A stretch of DNA of 64,000 nucleotides from positions 27,288 through 91,287 of the forward strand of contig CALVJV010000009.1 in NCBI GenBank assembly GCA_944332395.1. Direction: 5' to 3'. This DNA comes from an uncultured Clostridia bacterium (GTDB lineage: Bacteria > Bacillota > Clostridia > Christensenellales > UBA1242). The notes under the pieces were generated by a model, which was not told the DNA's origin, did no database searches, and saw nothing but the letters and a program-made list of their open reading frames with translations. Below, piece after piece: positions 41,142 to 51,521 of the stretch (positions are counted from its first letter, which is position 1; each line of letters opens with the position of its first letter). The position numbers and the translations under genes are program-made.

Positions 41142-42464
41142 ATGATAAATCTATCACCAAAATTAAAGTTATTAGTTATTTTAGCCTCTGTTTTAGTTGC
41201 AGCCATAATTGTAACAGTTATAACTGTGGTTGTATTACAAAAAACGAATGTTGCAAAAGTAAAAACAGTTTCTTTTCATGCGGCTAGTATTAATTTAAAT
41301 GTTGGAGAAACTGTTGAACTTTCTGTAGAAATAACGCCAGATGATGCAAAGAATAAACAAATTGAATTTTCTGTGGGAAATTCTCAATTGGTTGAAATAG
41401 TTAGTACTACTCAATCAAGCGTTTTAATTAAAGCAAAAAAAATAGGTGAAACGCAGATATTTGTAAAAAGTTTAGCAAATAAAAATTTAGTAGATCAATG
41501 TGTAATTAGAATTGTTGATACAATTGCTGATGACATTAGTGTTGGTGACATGATGATCGGAGAAGTTGGGATGGAAACAAAAATTCCTCTATTAGTTGAA
41601 CCATTGAGTGCGAATCTGCAAAAAATTATAGTTGTTGATTATGATAAAAATTATTTCGAATATGTAAATATATCAATTGAAGATAATAATGCGTTTTTGA
41701 TAGTATGTCCTAAATTGGTTGGAACAAGTTCAATTGTTTTGGGGGTTGATGCAGAAACAGAAAATGGAGAAAAAATTGTTAACACAAAATTATTTATGTT
41801 TAATTCGTATTTAGCCGAGATTGACAAAATAACATACATGGTTTCTTCAAGCCAGTTTACTGAAATGACGCCTAGCAACCTGATTGATAATAATAAGCTT
41901 ATTTTAAAATCTAATTATAAATTATATTTTAGGTTCTATGGGGATTCGTTGTTTGAAAATTCTATAAACTTAACAAACATTATATATGATAATTCTTTGA
42001 TTTCTGTTGTTCAAGAAGCAAATGGACAGTATGTAATTAGTAGTTTTAGTTCTGCTTGGGAAACAACTTCATTGAGAATAGAATATGGTGAAAAAACATT
42101 AATAATAAATCTTTATTATTTTGATTTGGAACAAAATCCGGATTTTAATAATGCCTTGCAACTTTCAGATACTGTTGTTCAAAATCAATATAATTTAATT
42201 TCTATTAATTCACAAAATATTAAAGTTTTAAACTTAATGAAATATGGATTTGTTTCATTAGAAATCAACAACGCTGATGTAAATAATGTTGTGTATGACA
42301 ATATGACCTTTGCAGTAACTAGTTCGGAGGAATCATTTTTAAATATAGAGTTTTTATTTATAATTGACTATTGGGATAAGGCTTGTATTACTGGTTCATC
42401 GGCAATTGGTAGTTATCAAATTAATAAAAGGATTCAAGTTATACCTGTGTCATTTGAAGAGTGA
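41142..42464 (+). CDS. N-terminally anchored surface protein with Big_2 domain
   Basis: Signal-anchor LVILASVLVAAIIVTVITVVVL. Big_2 pattern VSFHAASINLNVGETVELSVEITPDDAKNKQIEFSVGNSQLVEIV...IGETQIFVKS. Confidence 0.7.
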   Translation: MINLSPKLKLLVILASVLVAAIIVTVITVVVLQKTNVAKVKTVSFHAASINLNVGETVELSVEITPDDAKNKQIEFSVGNSQLVEIVSTTQSSVLIKAKKIGETQIFVKSLANKNLVDQCVIRIVDTIADDISVGDMMIGEVGMETKIPLLVEPLSANLQKIIVVDYDKNYFEYVNISIEDNNAFLIVCPKLVGTSSIVLGVDAETENGEKIVNTKLFMFNSYLAEIDKITYMVSSSQFTEMTPSNLIDNNKLILKSNYKLYFRFYGDSLFENSINLTNIIYDNSLISVVQEANGQYVISSFSSAWETTSLRIEYGEKTLIINLYYFDLEQNPDFNNALQLSDTVVQNQYNLISINSQNIKVLNLMKYGFVSLEINNADVNNVVYDNMTFAVTSSEESFLNIEFLFIIDYWDKACITGSSAIGSYQINKRIQVIPVSFEE

Positions 42465-42467
42465 TGT

Positions 42468-42749
42468 ATGAAATATAGTAGCGTAGATATTTCTAGAATT
42501 TTAAATAATTCATACAAATTAGATTTACATGGATATACAAAAGATGAAGCTAGAATTGAATTGTTTAATATTTTGGAGAGGATAGACAACAATAAACCAG
42601 GCATTGATATTGTTCATGGATATAAGTCTGGAGAGATATTAAAAACATTAATAAGAAAGGAATTAAAACATTGTTTGATTAAGGACAAAATACATCTAGA
42701 TGCTGGAAGAACTCTTTTGGTCTTGGATTTTAAAAATTTTAAAAAATAA
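42468..42749 (+). CDS. stand-alone Smr (small MutS-related) domain protein
   Basis: 93 aa with LDLHGYTKDEA and IVHGYKSGEILKTLIRKEL, matching the Smr DxH and HGxGxG regions. The ATG lies 3 nt after the stop of the upstream surface protein gene. Confidence 0.7.
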   Translation: MKYSSVDISRILNNSYKLDLHGYTKDEARIELFNILERIDNNKPGIDIVHGYKSGEILKTLIRKELKHCLIKDKIHLDAGRTLLVLDFKNFKK

Positions 42750-42795
42750 AAAAATAAAAAATTTTTATATAAGTCTAGTATTTTTAAAATGATTG

Positions 42796-42804
42796 TGTTA
42801 TAAT
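42796..42804 (+). promoter_or_regulatory. extended -10 promoter element
   Basis: TGtTATAAT. SD AAGGAG and ATG 42831 follow. Confidence 0.4.
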
Positions 42805-42830
42805 GATATTATATAAGGAGTGTGCGGAAT

Positions 42831-43073
42831 ATGGATAAAGAAATGAAATGGATGATTATAGGAATGAGTGCAACGGTGTTTTGTTTGGCGGTTGCCATTA
42901 CATGTGCAGCAATAAGGAATTTTGATCTGGTTCCTTCTATTATGCTGGGATTTGTTGCAGTGTTCTCGGCTGTTATATTGTTCTTCTTAATAAAAGATAT
43001 AATTGCAAAATCAAAAGAAAAGCAAATTAAGAAAGATGAAGAGGATCAATTAAACAATGAATCAAACAATTAA
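42831..43073 (+). CDS. small two-TM membrane protein, acidic/Lys-rich tail
   Basis: 80 aa with two hydrophobic helices. SD AAGGAG lies 10 nt upstream of ATG 42831. The GTG at 42822 overlaps the SD and is rejected. Confidence 0.5.
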   Translation: MDKEMKWMIIGMSATVFCLAVAITCAAIRNFDLVPSIMLGFVAVFSAVILFFLIKDIIAKSKEKQIKKDEEDQLNNESNN

Positions 43074-43087
43074 ATAATTTTTTTAAA

Positions 43088-43114
43088 TAAAGCCCCCAAT
43101 ATTTGGGGGCTTTA
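43088..43114 (+). terminator. hairpin terminator
   Basis: AAAGCCCCCA (43089-43098), loop, TGGGGGCTTT (43104-43113). The T-run is weak. Confidence 0.5.
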
Positions 43115-43158
43115 AGTATATATTTTTGCGATCTTGTCAAGTATTATCTTGAGGTAAT

Positions 43159-43734
43159 ATGGAACGTAGAGATATTGGTTATGCACTAGCTTATATTTTT
43201 AGTTTTTTATATATAGCTATAATTGGTATATTATTTTCTGTTTATGTTGATCAAATGCAAAAAGTTGAGGTTGTTGCAATTAATGTGAAGTCAGATGAGG
43301 GTATTATTGTGACTAATCAGGGGAGCAAATCAACAACATCTTTAAAAGAATTAAATATCAAGTCTCCTAAGGTAGGTGTCAAGCCAATATCCGGCAAACT
43401 TGATACACAAACGGATATTCCTTATTCTGTATCTGAAGATATTGATAGTGAAGGGGCTTATGCCAAATTTCAAGTAATAGCAGATCAGTCGTATAATATA
43501 ATATTAGAAGATGTTGAAGGCGTGCCAGAATCAGAATTAGGAAATGTCATGGTGGTAATAAGTAACGGAGGAAAAAATCCTTTGTCGTTGGCGGATTTGG
43601 GTGCTGTATTATTGTCTATTGAAAACCCTCAGAAAATTCAAAAATTTACCATATTTATTTGGTTAGATGCTCATTCAAGTAAGGAAATAATAGGAAGTAA
43701 AATTAAAATTAGTATTTCATTTAACAAAATTTAA
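43159..43734 (+). CDS. membrane-anchored hypothetical protein (191 aa)
   Basis: SD GAGGT. N-terminal TM helix YALAYIFSFLYIAIIGILFSVYV, then a beta-rich extracytoplasmic part. No family recognised. Confidence 0.5.
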   Translation: MERRDIGYALAYIFSFLYIAIIGILFSVYVDQMQKVEVVAINVKSDEGIIVTNQGSKSTTSLKELNIKSPKVGVKPISGKLDTQTDIPYSVSEDIDSEGAYAKFQVIADQSYNIILEDVEGVPESELGNVMVVISNGGKNPLSLADLGAVLLSIENPQKIQKFTIFIWLDAHSSKEIIGSKIKISISFNKI

Positions 43735-43756
43735 AAAGACTGCAGATGCAGTCTTT

Positions 43757-43758
<2 letters not shown>
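43733..43758. terminator. bidirectional terminator between 43159-43734 gene and groEL
   Basis: AAAAA-GACTGC-AGAT-GCAGTC-TTTTT. Confidence 0.65.
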
Positions 43759-45672
<1,914 letters not shown>

Positions 45673-45809
45673 AAATTAATCTCCTAAATTAATTATATTT
45701 TTTTTATGATTTTATTACAGTTAAATTTTGTTTAAAAATGTCAAAGTTTTAATTTTTTTTGCTAAAATCTTTACTTACGTCATAAAGATTATCATGAGGA
45801 TCGTTTTGA

Positions 45810-46562
45810 ATGAAGAATATTGCGTCAAAAAATTTTTATTCAGTTTATTCTTATAATAGTAAACAGAAAAGACAATACAAGTTTAAAAAATTTTTTATTA
45901 TTGCCGTTGTTTTTATTTTGATAACTATTGTAGTTATTTTTAGTGTATTTAATATGAATAAAAAAAATGATTATTTTCATGATTATATTTATTTAGTTGT
46001 TGTTGGCAAGTTTGATAAAATTTCAGATGCAAAAGACCTTGCGGATAATGTAAAAATTGCAGGTGGGGCAGGATATATATGGATAGATTCGGTATTTTGG
46101 GTTGTTGCGTTTGTTTACAAAACAGAAGATGCTGCGTTGTCTGTAAAAAATCAATTGCAAGAGGGCGTTTGGAAATGCTCGATTGAAAAGATTAAATTTG
46201 AGGAAATAAAATATAAAAAATTGAATATTAATCAAGAACTAGCTATTAAATTTTTAATCCAATACATAAATGATTTTTATGATTATGCTATAATGATTGA
46301 CACCGATGAAACTCAAAACGCAAGTATCCACAAAAAAATTATAGCTAAAAAAAATGAATTAACTTTATTGATTAATAAATTAGGACAAAGCGAACTTGAT
46401 GTTTTGATTTCTTCTGCATTGCAAAACATTTATGATGGACTTGTGGATTTTTTGAAATCTTCTTTTCCGCAAAATTTATATTCAAGTGGGATAAAAGAAT
46501 TATGCATAAATGCTATTTATTTGTATATTAATATCGCCAATAACATTATAAAATCTATATAA
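45810..46562 (+). CDS. membrane-anchored protein with SPOR-like domain
   Basis: TM helix FFIIAVVFILITIVVIFSVF, then YLVVVGKFDKISDAKDLADNVKIAGGAGYIWIDSVFWVVAFVYKTEDAALSVKNQL, which resembles the SPOR beta-alpha-beta-beta pattern. Confidence 0.4.
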   Translation: MKNIASKNFYSVYSYNSKQKRQYKFKKFFIIAVVFILITIVVIFSVFNMNKKNDYFHDYIYLVVVGKFDKISDAKDLADNVKIAGGAGYIWIDSVFWVVAFVYKTEDAALSVKNQLQEGVWKCSIEKIKFEEIKYKKLNINQELAIKFLIQYINDFYDYAIMIDTDETQNASIHKKIIAKKNELTLLINKLGQSELDVLISSALQNIYDGLVDFLKSSFPQNLYSSGIKELCINAIYLYINIANNIIKSI

Positions 46563-46614
46563 AATGATGGACAATTAATTTAAAATTTTGTTAAAATAAA
46601 CAAGGAGATAAATT

Positions 46615-47106
46615 ATGGGATTTTTTGATTGGTTGATGAAAGGTATTGGATTTGAAACAGATGAAGATGCTATTAAACAAAAGAAGAAAAAGAATAAAAA
46701 TAAAACAGAACTGACAGGTCTAGATCAAAAACAAGAATTATCAGAGCGGCCTGAGGTGTTTGATGCCTCATCATATGATGCATTTGGTAGTGTTGATGCA
46801 AATAAATTTTCAGCAACCGGAAATCTAAATAATGATGAGTTTGCTCCCGAAAATGGTGTAGCTGGATTTGGAACAAAAAATGTTGTAATACATAGACCAA
46901 AAACTTATAAAGAAGTTCAAGGATTGATTGATTATTTGAAACAAGGTGAATCGGCAATAATGATATTAGATGGATTAAGTCCAGCTGAGGCTCAACGAAT
47001 ATTGGATTTTGTTAGTGGGGCAGTTTATGCGTTGTCTGGAAGTACTCAGCGAATTGATGGGAATATTTTCCTATTGACGCCAGAGGGTTATAACATAGTT
47101 TCATAA
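46615..47106 (+). CDS. sepF: cell division protein SepF
   Basis: C-terminal domain VVIHRPKTYKEVQGLIDYLKQGESAIMILDGLSPAEAQRILDFVSGAVYAL...IFLLTP. Confidence 0.88.
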   Translation: MGFFDWLMKGIGFETDEDAIKQKKKKNKNKTELTGLDQKQELSERPEVFDASSYDAFGSVDANKFSATGNLNNDEFAPENGVAGFGTKNVVIHRPKTYKEVQGLIDYLKQGESAIMILDGLSPAEAQRILDFVSGAVYALSGSTQRIDGNIFLLTPEGYNIVS

Positions 47107-47156
47107 TTTTGGTTATAAATTTACTTTTTATCATATAATACGATTGAGGTGATATT

Positions 47157-47384
47157 TTGAAAATTCGACTACTTGGATATGATAGAAAGGAAGTTGATGG
47201 AATTATGGACAAATTGTGTTTGCAACAAGAAATATTAAAGCAAAATGTTGCATATCTGTCTAATCGATGCGAAAATTTAGAAAAAGAATTGTCTAAAGTT
47301 CAAAAAAATAAAAAATCTAATGATAAATTCAATATAGATAAGAAAATAATTAAGTCTATAAGGGATAGTATTGAAAAAGAATAA
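47157..47384 (+). CDS. short DivIVA-domain coiled-coil protein
   Basis: TTG start after SD GAGGTGA. LLGYDRKEVDGIMDKL matches the DivIVA N-terminal GYxxxEVD motif and a coiled coil follows. The position after sepF fits the end of the dcw region. Confidence 0.55.
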   Translation: MKIRLLGYDRKEVDGIMDKLCLQQEILKQNVAYLSNRCENLEKELSKVQKNKKSNDKFNIDKKIIKSIRDSIEKE

Positions 47385-47402
47385 TTAAGTTGGCGTTGTC
47401 AT

Positions 47403-47912
47403 TTGTTTGACCAAATATTTTTGTTGTGTTATTCTTTAATTGTGAATTTTTGGAAAAATATAATATTTGTATGTTCGGGTTGTACTTGTAGGTCTCCAAT
47501 GGCTGTATGGATTTCGTTGTCAAAGGTTGTTGAAAATAGGGTTAAACATGCAGAATTCACTTGTAGAGGATTGGATGTTTCTAGCCAAAGCGAAGTTAAT
47601 AAAAATGTAGAAATTGCATTAAATCAATTAGGCATTCCAATTAAAAAGAAAATTAAGCCAAAACAACTTACAAAAGATGATCTTTTAAAATCGCCAATTA
47701 TTATAACAATGACGGATATGCAAAGTGTTTTTATTAAAAACAACTTTGCATATAAAGATGTTTTTTCGATATCTAACTTTGTTGATGGACTAGAAATTTC
47801 GGACCCCTTTGGAAAAGATGTAAATTCGTACATTTTGGTAGCAAAACAGCTAATTTATGCAATAGATAAAATTTTTTATAAACTTTTGGAGGTTAAAGAT
47901 GGGAGAAAATAA
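47403..47912 (+). CDS. low-molecular-weight phosphatase, YwlE-like (protein arginine/tyrosine phosphatase)
   Basis: P-loop IIFVCSGCTCRSPMA (CX5RS). The Thr before the Cys-Arg resembles YwlE. The ywlE-rpiB pairing is as in Bacillus. The start is uncertain (TTG 47403 or GTG 47442). Confidence 0.7.
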   Translation: MFDQIFLLCYSLIVNFWKNIIFVCSGCTCRSPMAVWISLSKVVENRVKHAEFTCRGLDVSSQSEVNKNVEIALNQLGIPIKKKIKPKQLTKDDLLKSPIIITMTDMQSVFIKNNFAYKDVFSISNFVDGLEISDPFGKDVNSYILVAKQLIYAIDKIFYKLLEVKDGRK

Positions 47913-48372
47913 TATTCAAAAAGTTGTAATAACTTCAGATCATTCAGGAGTTTTACTAAAAAAGGAAATAGCAAATTATTTAACAGCAAAAGGTTATGAA
48001 GTAATTGTTATAGGGTCTCAGAGTGGTACAGCTCCTGATGACTATCCAGATTTTGTTGAACCAATGGCTAATTATGTTTTAAATGACAAAAATATGGTGG
48101 GTATTGCAATTTGTGGGACAGGAATTGGCATTGGAATAGCTGCGGCAAAGATTAAAGGTATATATCCAGCATTATGCTCAAGTCCAGAAGTCGCTTTTTT
48201 TGCCAGAACGCATAATGATGCCAATGTGTTAGTTTTAGGTTCAAGAGTTACAGCAAAAAACACAGCATATAAAATTGTTGATACTTTTCTAGAAACCTCA
48301 TTTGAGGGTGGGCGACACAAAAGGCGTATTGATAAAATAAAAAATTTAGAGAAAAAATATGGCGCAATATAA
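47899..48372 (+). CDS. rpiB: ribose-5-phosphate isomerase B
   Basis: RpiB/LacAB motifs ITSDHSG, GIAICGTGIGIGIAAAK, ARTHNDANVLVLG and GGRHKRRIDKI. Confidence 0.9.
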   Translation: MGENNIQKVVITSDHSGVLLKKEIANYLTAKGYEVIVIGSQSGTAPDDYPDFVEPMANYVLNDKNMVGIAICGTGIGIGIAAAKIKGIYPALCSSPEVAFFARTHNDANVLVLGSRVTAKNTAYKIVDTFLETSFEGGRHKRRIDKIKNLEKKYGAI

Positions 48373-49159
48373 TTACGACAATAAATTTAAAAAGCATATT
48401 TTTGTAACTTTTATTTATACTTTTCTGGCATTATTAGTGATTTTTTTTGAAATTATGTTGGCTATGTTAGTTTTATGTCCTAATGAATCAATAAATATGT
48501 ATGAATATTTAGGGTTAGAAAAAGCCAAATTAGGTGCATTAGAAATAAAGTATAACAAAACAAATTCTGCAACTGATTTATATAATTTAATAATTGAAGC
48601 CGAAAAACAAGAAAATTATAAAAAAACAGATAAATATGTTGATATTATGCTTAAAAGAGATGATTTTTTTGCATTTGCAAAAGCATTAGACGATTATGCT
48701 TTGTCAATTACAGACAAAGATAAACTATATTTAGTTGCCAGTTTGGAGAGTTATTTATACAGTTTGAAGGTAACTAGTTGTTATAAAAAGAATATTGAAC
48801 AAAGCTTAGAAATGGCATCATCTTGTTTCGAAAAAAATAGTTTAAGTATTTTTTATTTTTCTCGTTTTGTTGATTTAATTAAAGCGGATAATAATTTGTC
48901 TTCAGACGAAAAAATTTCTTGGTTAAAAAAGGCCGGCTCTTTTATTGTTAACTCGAAAACGATTTTAACACATATAGATGAATTATATAAAAATAATTAT
49001 CCAACAGACATTGAGAATGCTAAATTATTGATATTAGAACAACTTTGGCATTTAAAAGGAATTGAACGAATTTTGTTGCAGGCTCAGAATGTTGATTTAA
49101 CTGAAATTGATGCACAATTAAATCAACTAGCAGAAATTATTTCAAAAAAACTTGCATAA
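48359..49159 (+). CDS. hypothetical membrane-anchored helical protein (266 aa)
   Basis: Overlaps the rpiB end by 14 nt. One TM helix, then a helical repeat-like region. No family recognised. Confidence 0.5.
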   Translation: MAQYNYDNKFKKHIFVTFIYTFLALLVIFFEIMLAMLVLCPNESINMYEYLGLEKAKLGALEIKYNKTNSATDLYNLIIEAEKQENYKKTDKYVDIMLKRDDFFAFAKALDDYALSITDKDKLYLVASLESYLYSLKVTSCYKKNIEQSLEMASSCFEKNSLSIFYFSRFVDLIKADNNLSSDEKISWLKKAGSFIVNSKTILTHIDELYKNNYPTDIENAKLLILEQLWHLKGIERILLQAQNVDLTEIDAQLNQLAEIISKKLA

Positions 49160-49179
49160 AAATATAATCAAGGAGAAAA

Positions 49180-49896
49180 ATGACAGAGGCAATTAAAGAA
49201 TTTACCACAACAGTATTTGGATCATGTCCGTGGTTGGGTGTTTTACTAATAGCAATGGTTCCCATTATTGAGTTGAGAGGAGCAATCCCCTTTGCGATGT
49301 CAGTGGCTTTTTGGGGCGCAAATGCGTTGCCATGGTGGTTTGCTTTTTTGGTGGCTGTCTTGGGTTCAACTTTGCCAGCTTTGGTTATTATTCCTGCATT
49401 AAAACCGGTTTTTTCGTGGATGAAAAAAACAAAAACATTCAAAAAAATTGCTTTAAAACTTGAATCCAGATTTTTAAGCAAATCTAATGAAATTATTGAT
49501 GATATTGGATTGGAAAAAAAGAAGAAAAAAATTTTATTAAAAAAATTTATAGGCGTTTTGGCTTTTGTTGCTGTGCCATTACCTCTAACAGGAGCATGGA
49601 CAGGTTCGGCAATTGCAGCTTATTTGAATATGCCATTTTCATTAGGCGTATTATCTGTGTTTTTGGGAAATATAATTGCAGGAATAATTATGACGGTAAT
49701 ATGTATGTTGTTTCCTGGTGCGGAAAATATTATAATGTATTGTTTCTTGGGTTTAGCACTAATTGTGATTTTGTCGTCAATAATTTGGTCATTAATTAAG
49801 AAAAAGTTAGAGATTAAAGCTAAAGATGAATCTGAAGAAAATGATTTAAAAAATTCAAATGCAGAACAAAATAAGGAAAAAAACGATTCTATTTAA
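49180..49896 (+). CDS. small multidrug-export-like membrane protein (Sm_multidrug_ex family)
   Basis: SD AAGGAGA. IELRGAIPFAM near the N-terminus and the LPLTGAWTGS motif. The C-terminal tail is charged. Confidence 0.6.
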   Translation: MTEAIKEFTTTVFGSCPWLGVLLIAMVPIIELRGAIPFAMSVAFWGANALPWWFAFLVAVLGSTLPALVIIPALKPVFSWMKKTKTFKKIALKLESRFLSKSNEIIDDIGLEKKKKKILLKKFIGVLAFVAVPLPLTGAWTGSAIAAYLNMPFSLGVLSVFLGNIIAGIIMTVICMLFPGAENIIMYCFLGLALIVILSSIIWSLIKKKLEIKAKDESEENDLKNSNAEQNKEKNDSI

Positions 49897-49903
49897 CAAA
49901 TTT

Positions 49904-49932
49904 TTGACATTTATTATATAAAAGGGTATATT
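49904..49932 (+). promoter_or_regulatory. sigma-A type promoter for the LRR lipoprotein gene
   Basis: TTGACA (49904-49909), 17 nt, TATATT (49927-49932). Confidence 0.5.
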
Positions 49933-49986
49933 TTCTTTGTTTGACAATAATTATTTATTTTGATAACATTAATTAGGGAGGCGGTA

Positions 49987-50706
49987 ATGAAAAATTTTTT
50001 ATTATATGCAGTTTCTTGTCTATTGTTTTTGATTTTGATGCCTGCATTTTGTTTTGGTTGTTCCAAAAGTGATAAAGCGGACAAAAAAACAGAAAGTTTG
50101 TATTCTTTATCTAAATATGAATTAAAAACCGTGAGTGGTTATTTTATTGAAAAATATGAAGGAAATGAACAAATCGTCGAGATGCCAAGCACTTACAAGG
50201 ATACAAAAATCATAGCTATAGGAGAACGTGCGTTCTATAATAATGAATACATTAACCAGGTAACCATTGGTAAAAATGTATTATATATCAACGAAGAAGC
50301 TTTTTCTGGAGCAGTGAATTTATCTAAAGTTAACTTTAATTCTAAATTAGAAGTTATTGGTGAGAAAGCATTTTATTGTGTTAATTTGTCGGGAGAGCTT
50401 TTGTTACCCAATTCATTAAAGGAAATACAAGCCTCTGCTTTTGAAAATTCATCGTTGTTGACCACTATAAAGCTAAATCCTTCAACAATTATTTCACCAT
50501 CAGCTTTTAAAAATTGTCACAACATTAGCAAATTCATTTTTGATGGTGGGACGATTGATGACATTTCAACTTTAGTTAATTCTATGGCAGTTGAATTTGA
50601 TACAATTAAGGACAATGTTGGTAAAATATCTATTGAAATATATGATAAAGATATAAGAGCAGAACTTGAAGAGCAAATTTTAAGGTTGGGCTTTACTTTG
50701 GTTTAA
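49987..50706 (+). CDS. BspA-type leucine-rich-repeat lipoprotein
   Basis: ATG 49987 after SD AGGGAGG. Lipobox CFGC. Repeats of the form IGERAFYNNEYINQVTIGKNVLYINEEAFSG...LEVIGEKAFY...LKEIQASAFEN. Confidence 0.75.
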   Translation: MKNFLLYAVSCLLFLILMPAFCFGCSKSDKADKKTESLYSLSKYELKTVSGYFIEKYEGNEQIVEMPSTYKDTKIIAIGERAFYNNEYINQVTIGKNVLYINEEAFSGAVNLSKVNFNSKLEVIGEKAFYCVNLSGELLLPNSLKEIQASAFENSSLLTTIKLNPSTIISPSAFKNCHNISKFIFDGGTIDDISTLVNSMAVEFDTIKDNVGKISIEIYDKDIRAELEEQILRLGFTLV

Positions 50707-50750
50707 TAAAAAGGCATTAGTCTAACTGTTTTGAAGCTAGCAGAATAATT

Positions 50751-50786
50751 AAGAGTATATCAAAACAAATATATACTCTTTTTATT
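50751..50786 (+). terminator. rho-independent terminator
   Basis: AAGAGTATAT (50751-50760), 10-nt loop, ATATACTCTT (50771-50780), then a T-run. Confidence 0.6.
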
Positions 50787-50907
50787 TATCAAAAATAAAA
50801 AAACACACACTTGTGTTATATAATGGCAAGCACGCGATTAAATGCAAAATGTCGTTTTTTTGTAAAATCATTTAGAATCCATCCAATAATGTAATATAAT
50901 TTACTAA

Positions 50908-51330
50908 ATTTTAGTTGATAGGGCAATAAGAGATGAAGGCACTTCTTATCATTATATTGAGCCAAGTACATATATTGAAACAAACAATCAATTAAATTCA
51001 GAAATAGAAACTTACTTAAAAATTAACGGTTTTAAATATGCGAAAGCAACGACATGGACTAATGATGCTTATTATAGAGAAACAAAACAAAAAATAGAAA
51101 TGGCAAAAACTTTAGGAGCCGTTTCTGTCGAAATGGAATGTGCTTCATGGTGTGCTGTTGCAAAATGTAGAAATTTTAAGTTTTCACAGCTTTTATATTT
51201 TAGTGATTTAGTGAAACAAGATTGTTGGTCTAGAATTATTAAAAAAACAAATGGTTATCATAATAATAAAAGAGATCTTATTGTAGTAATGGTTAAAAAC
51301 ATGATTGATTATTTTAGTAATAAATCATAA
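50908..51330 (+). pseudogene. 5'-truncated nucleoside phosphorylase (PNP_UDP_1 family) remnant
   Basis: The frame is open from 50908 with no start codon. The translation ILVDRAIRDEGTSYHYIEPS...AVSVEMECASW matches only the C-terminal half of uridine/purine nucleoside phosphorylases. Stops lie immediately upstream, and I recognise no N-terminal half in any frame. Confidence 0.65.
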
Positions 51331-51438
51331 TTTTAAATAAAAAATGAAGAATAAGCTTAAATATGTATGCACTGGTTTGTTTTATTTGAATTTATTAGTT
51401 TTAATATATATCAAAATATATTATTTTTTCGAATTAAT

Positions 51439-51480
51439 AAAAGGGACTTTACTTTTTGTGTGTGGTCCCTTTTTCCTTTT
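51439..51480. terminator. bidirectional terminator downstream of glyQS and of the phosphorylase remnant
   Basis: AAAAGGGAC (51439-51447), loop, GTCCCTTTT (51465-51473), with A/T runs on both sides. Confidence 0.6.
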
Positions 51481-51521
51481 TATCCTGTCAGTTTTAAAAT
51501 GGCTTTACATTATGTGTTCTT

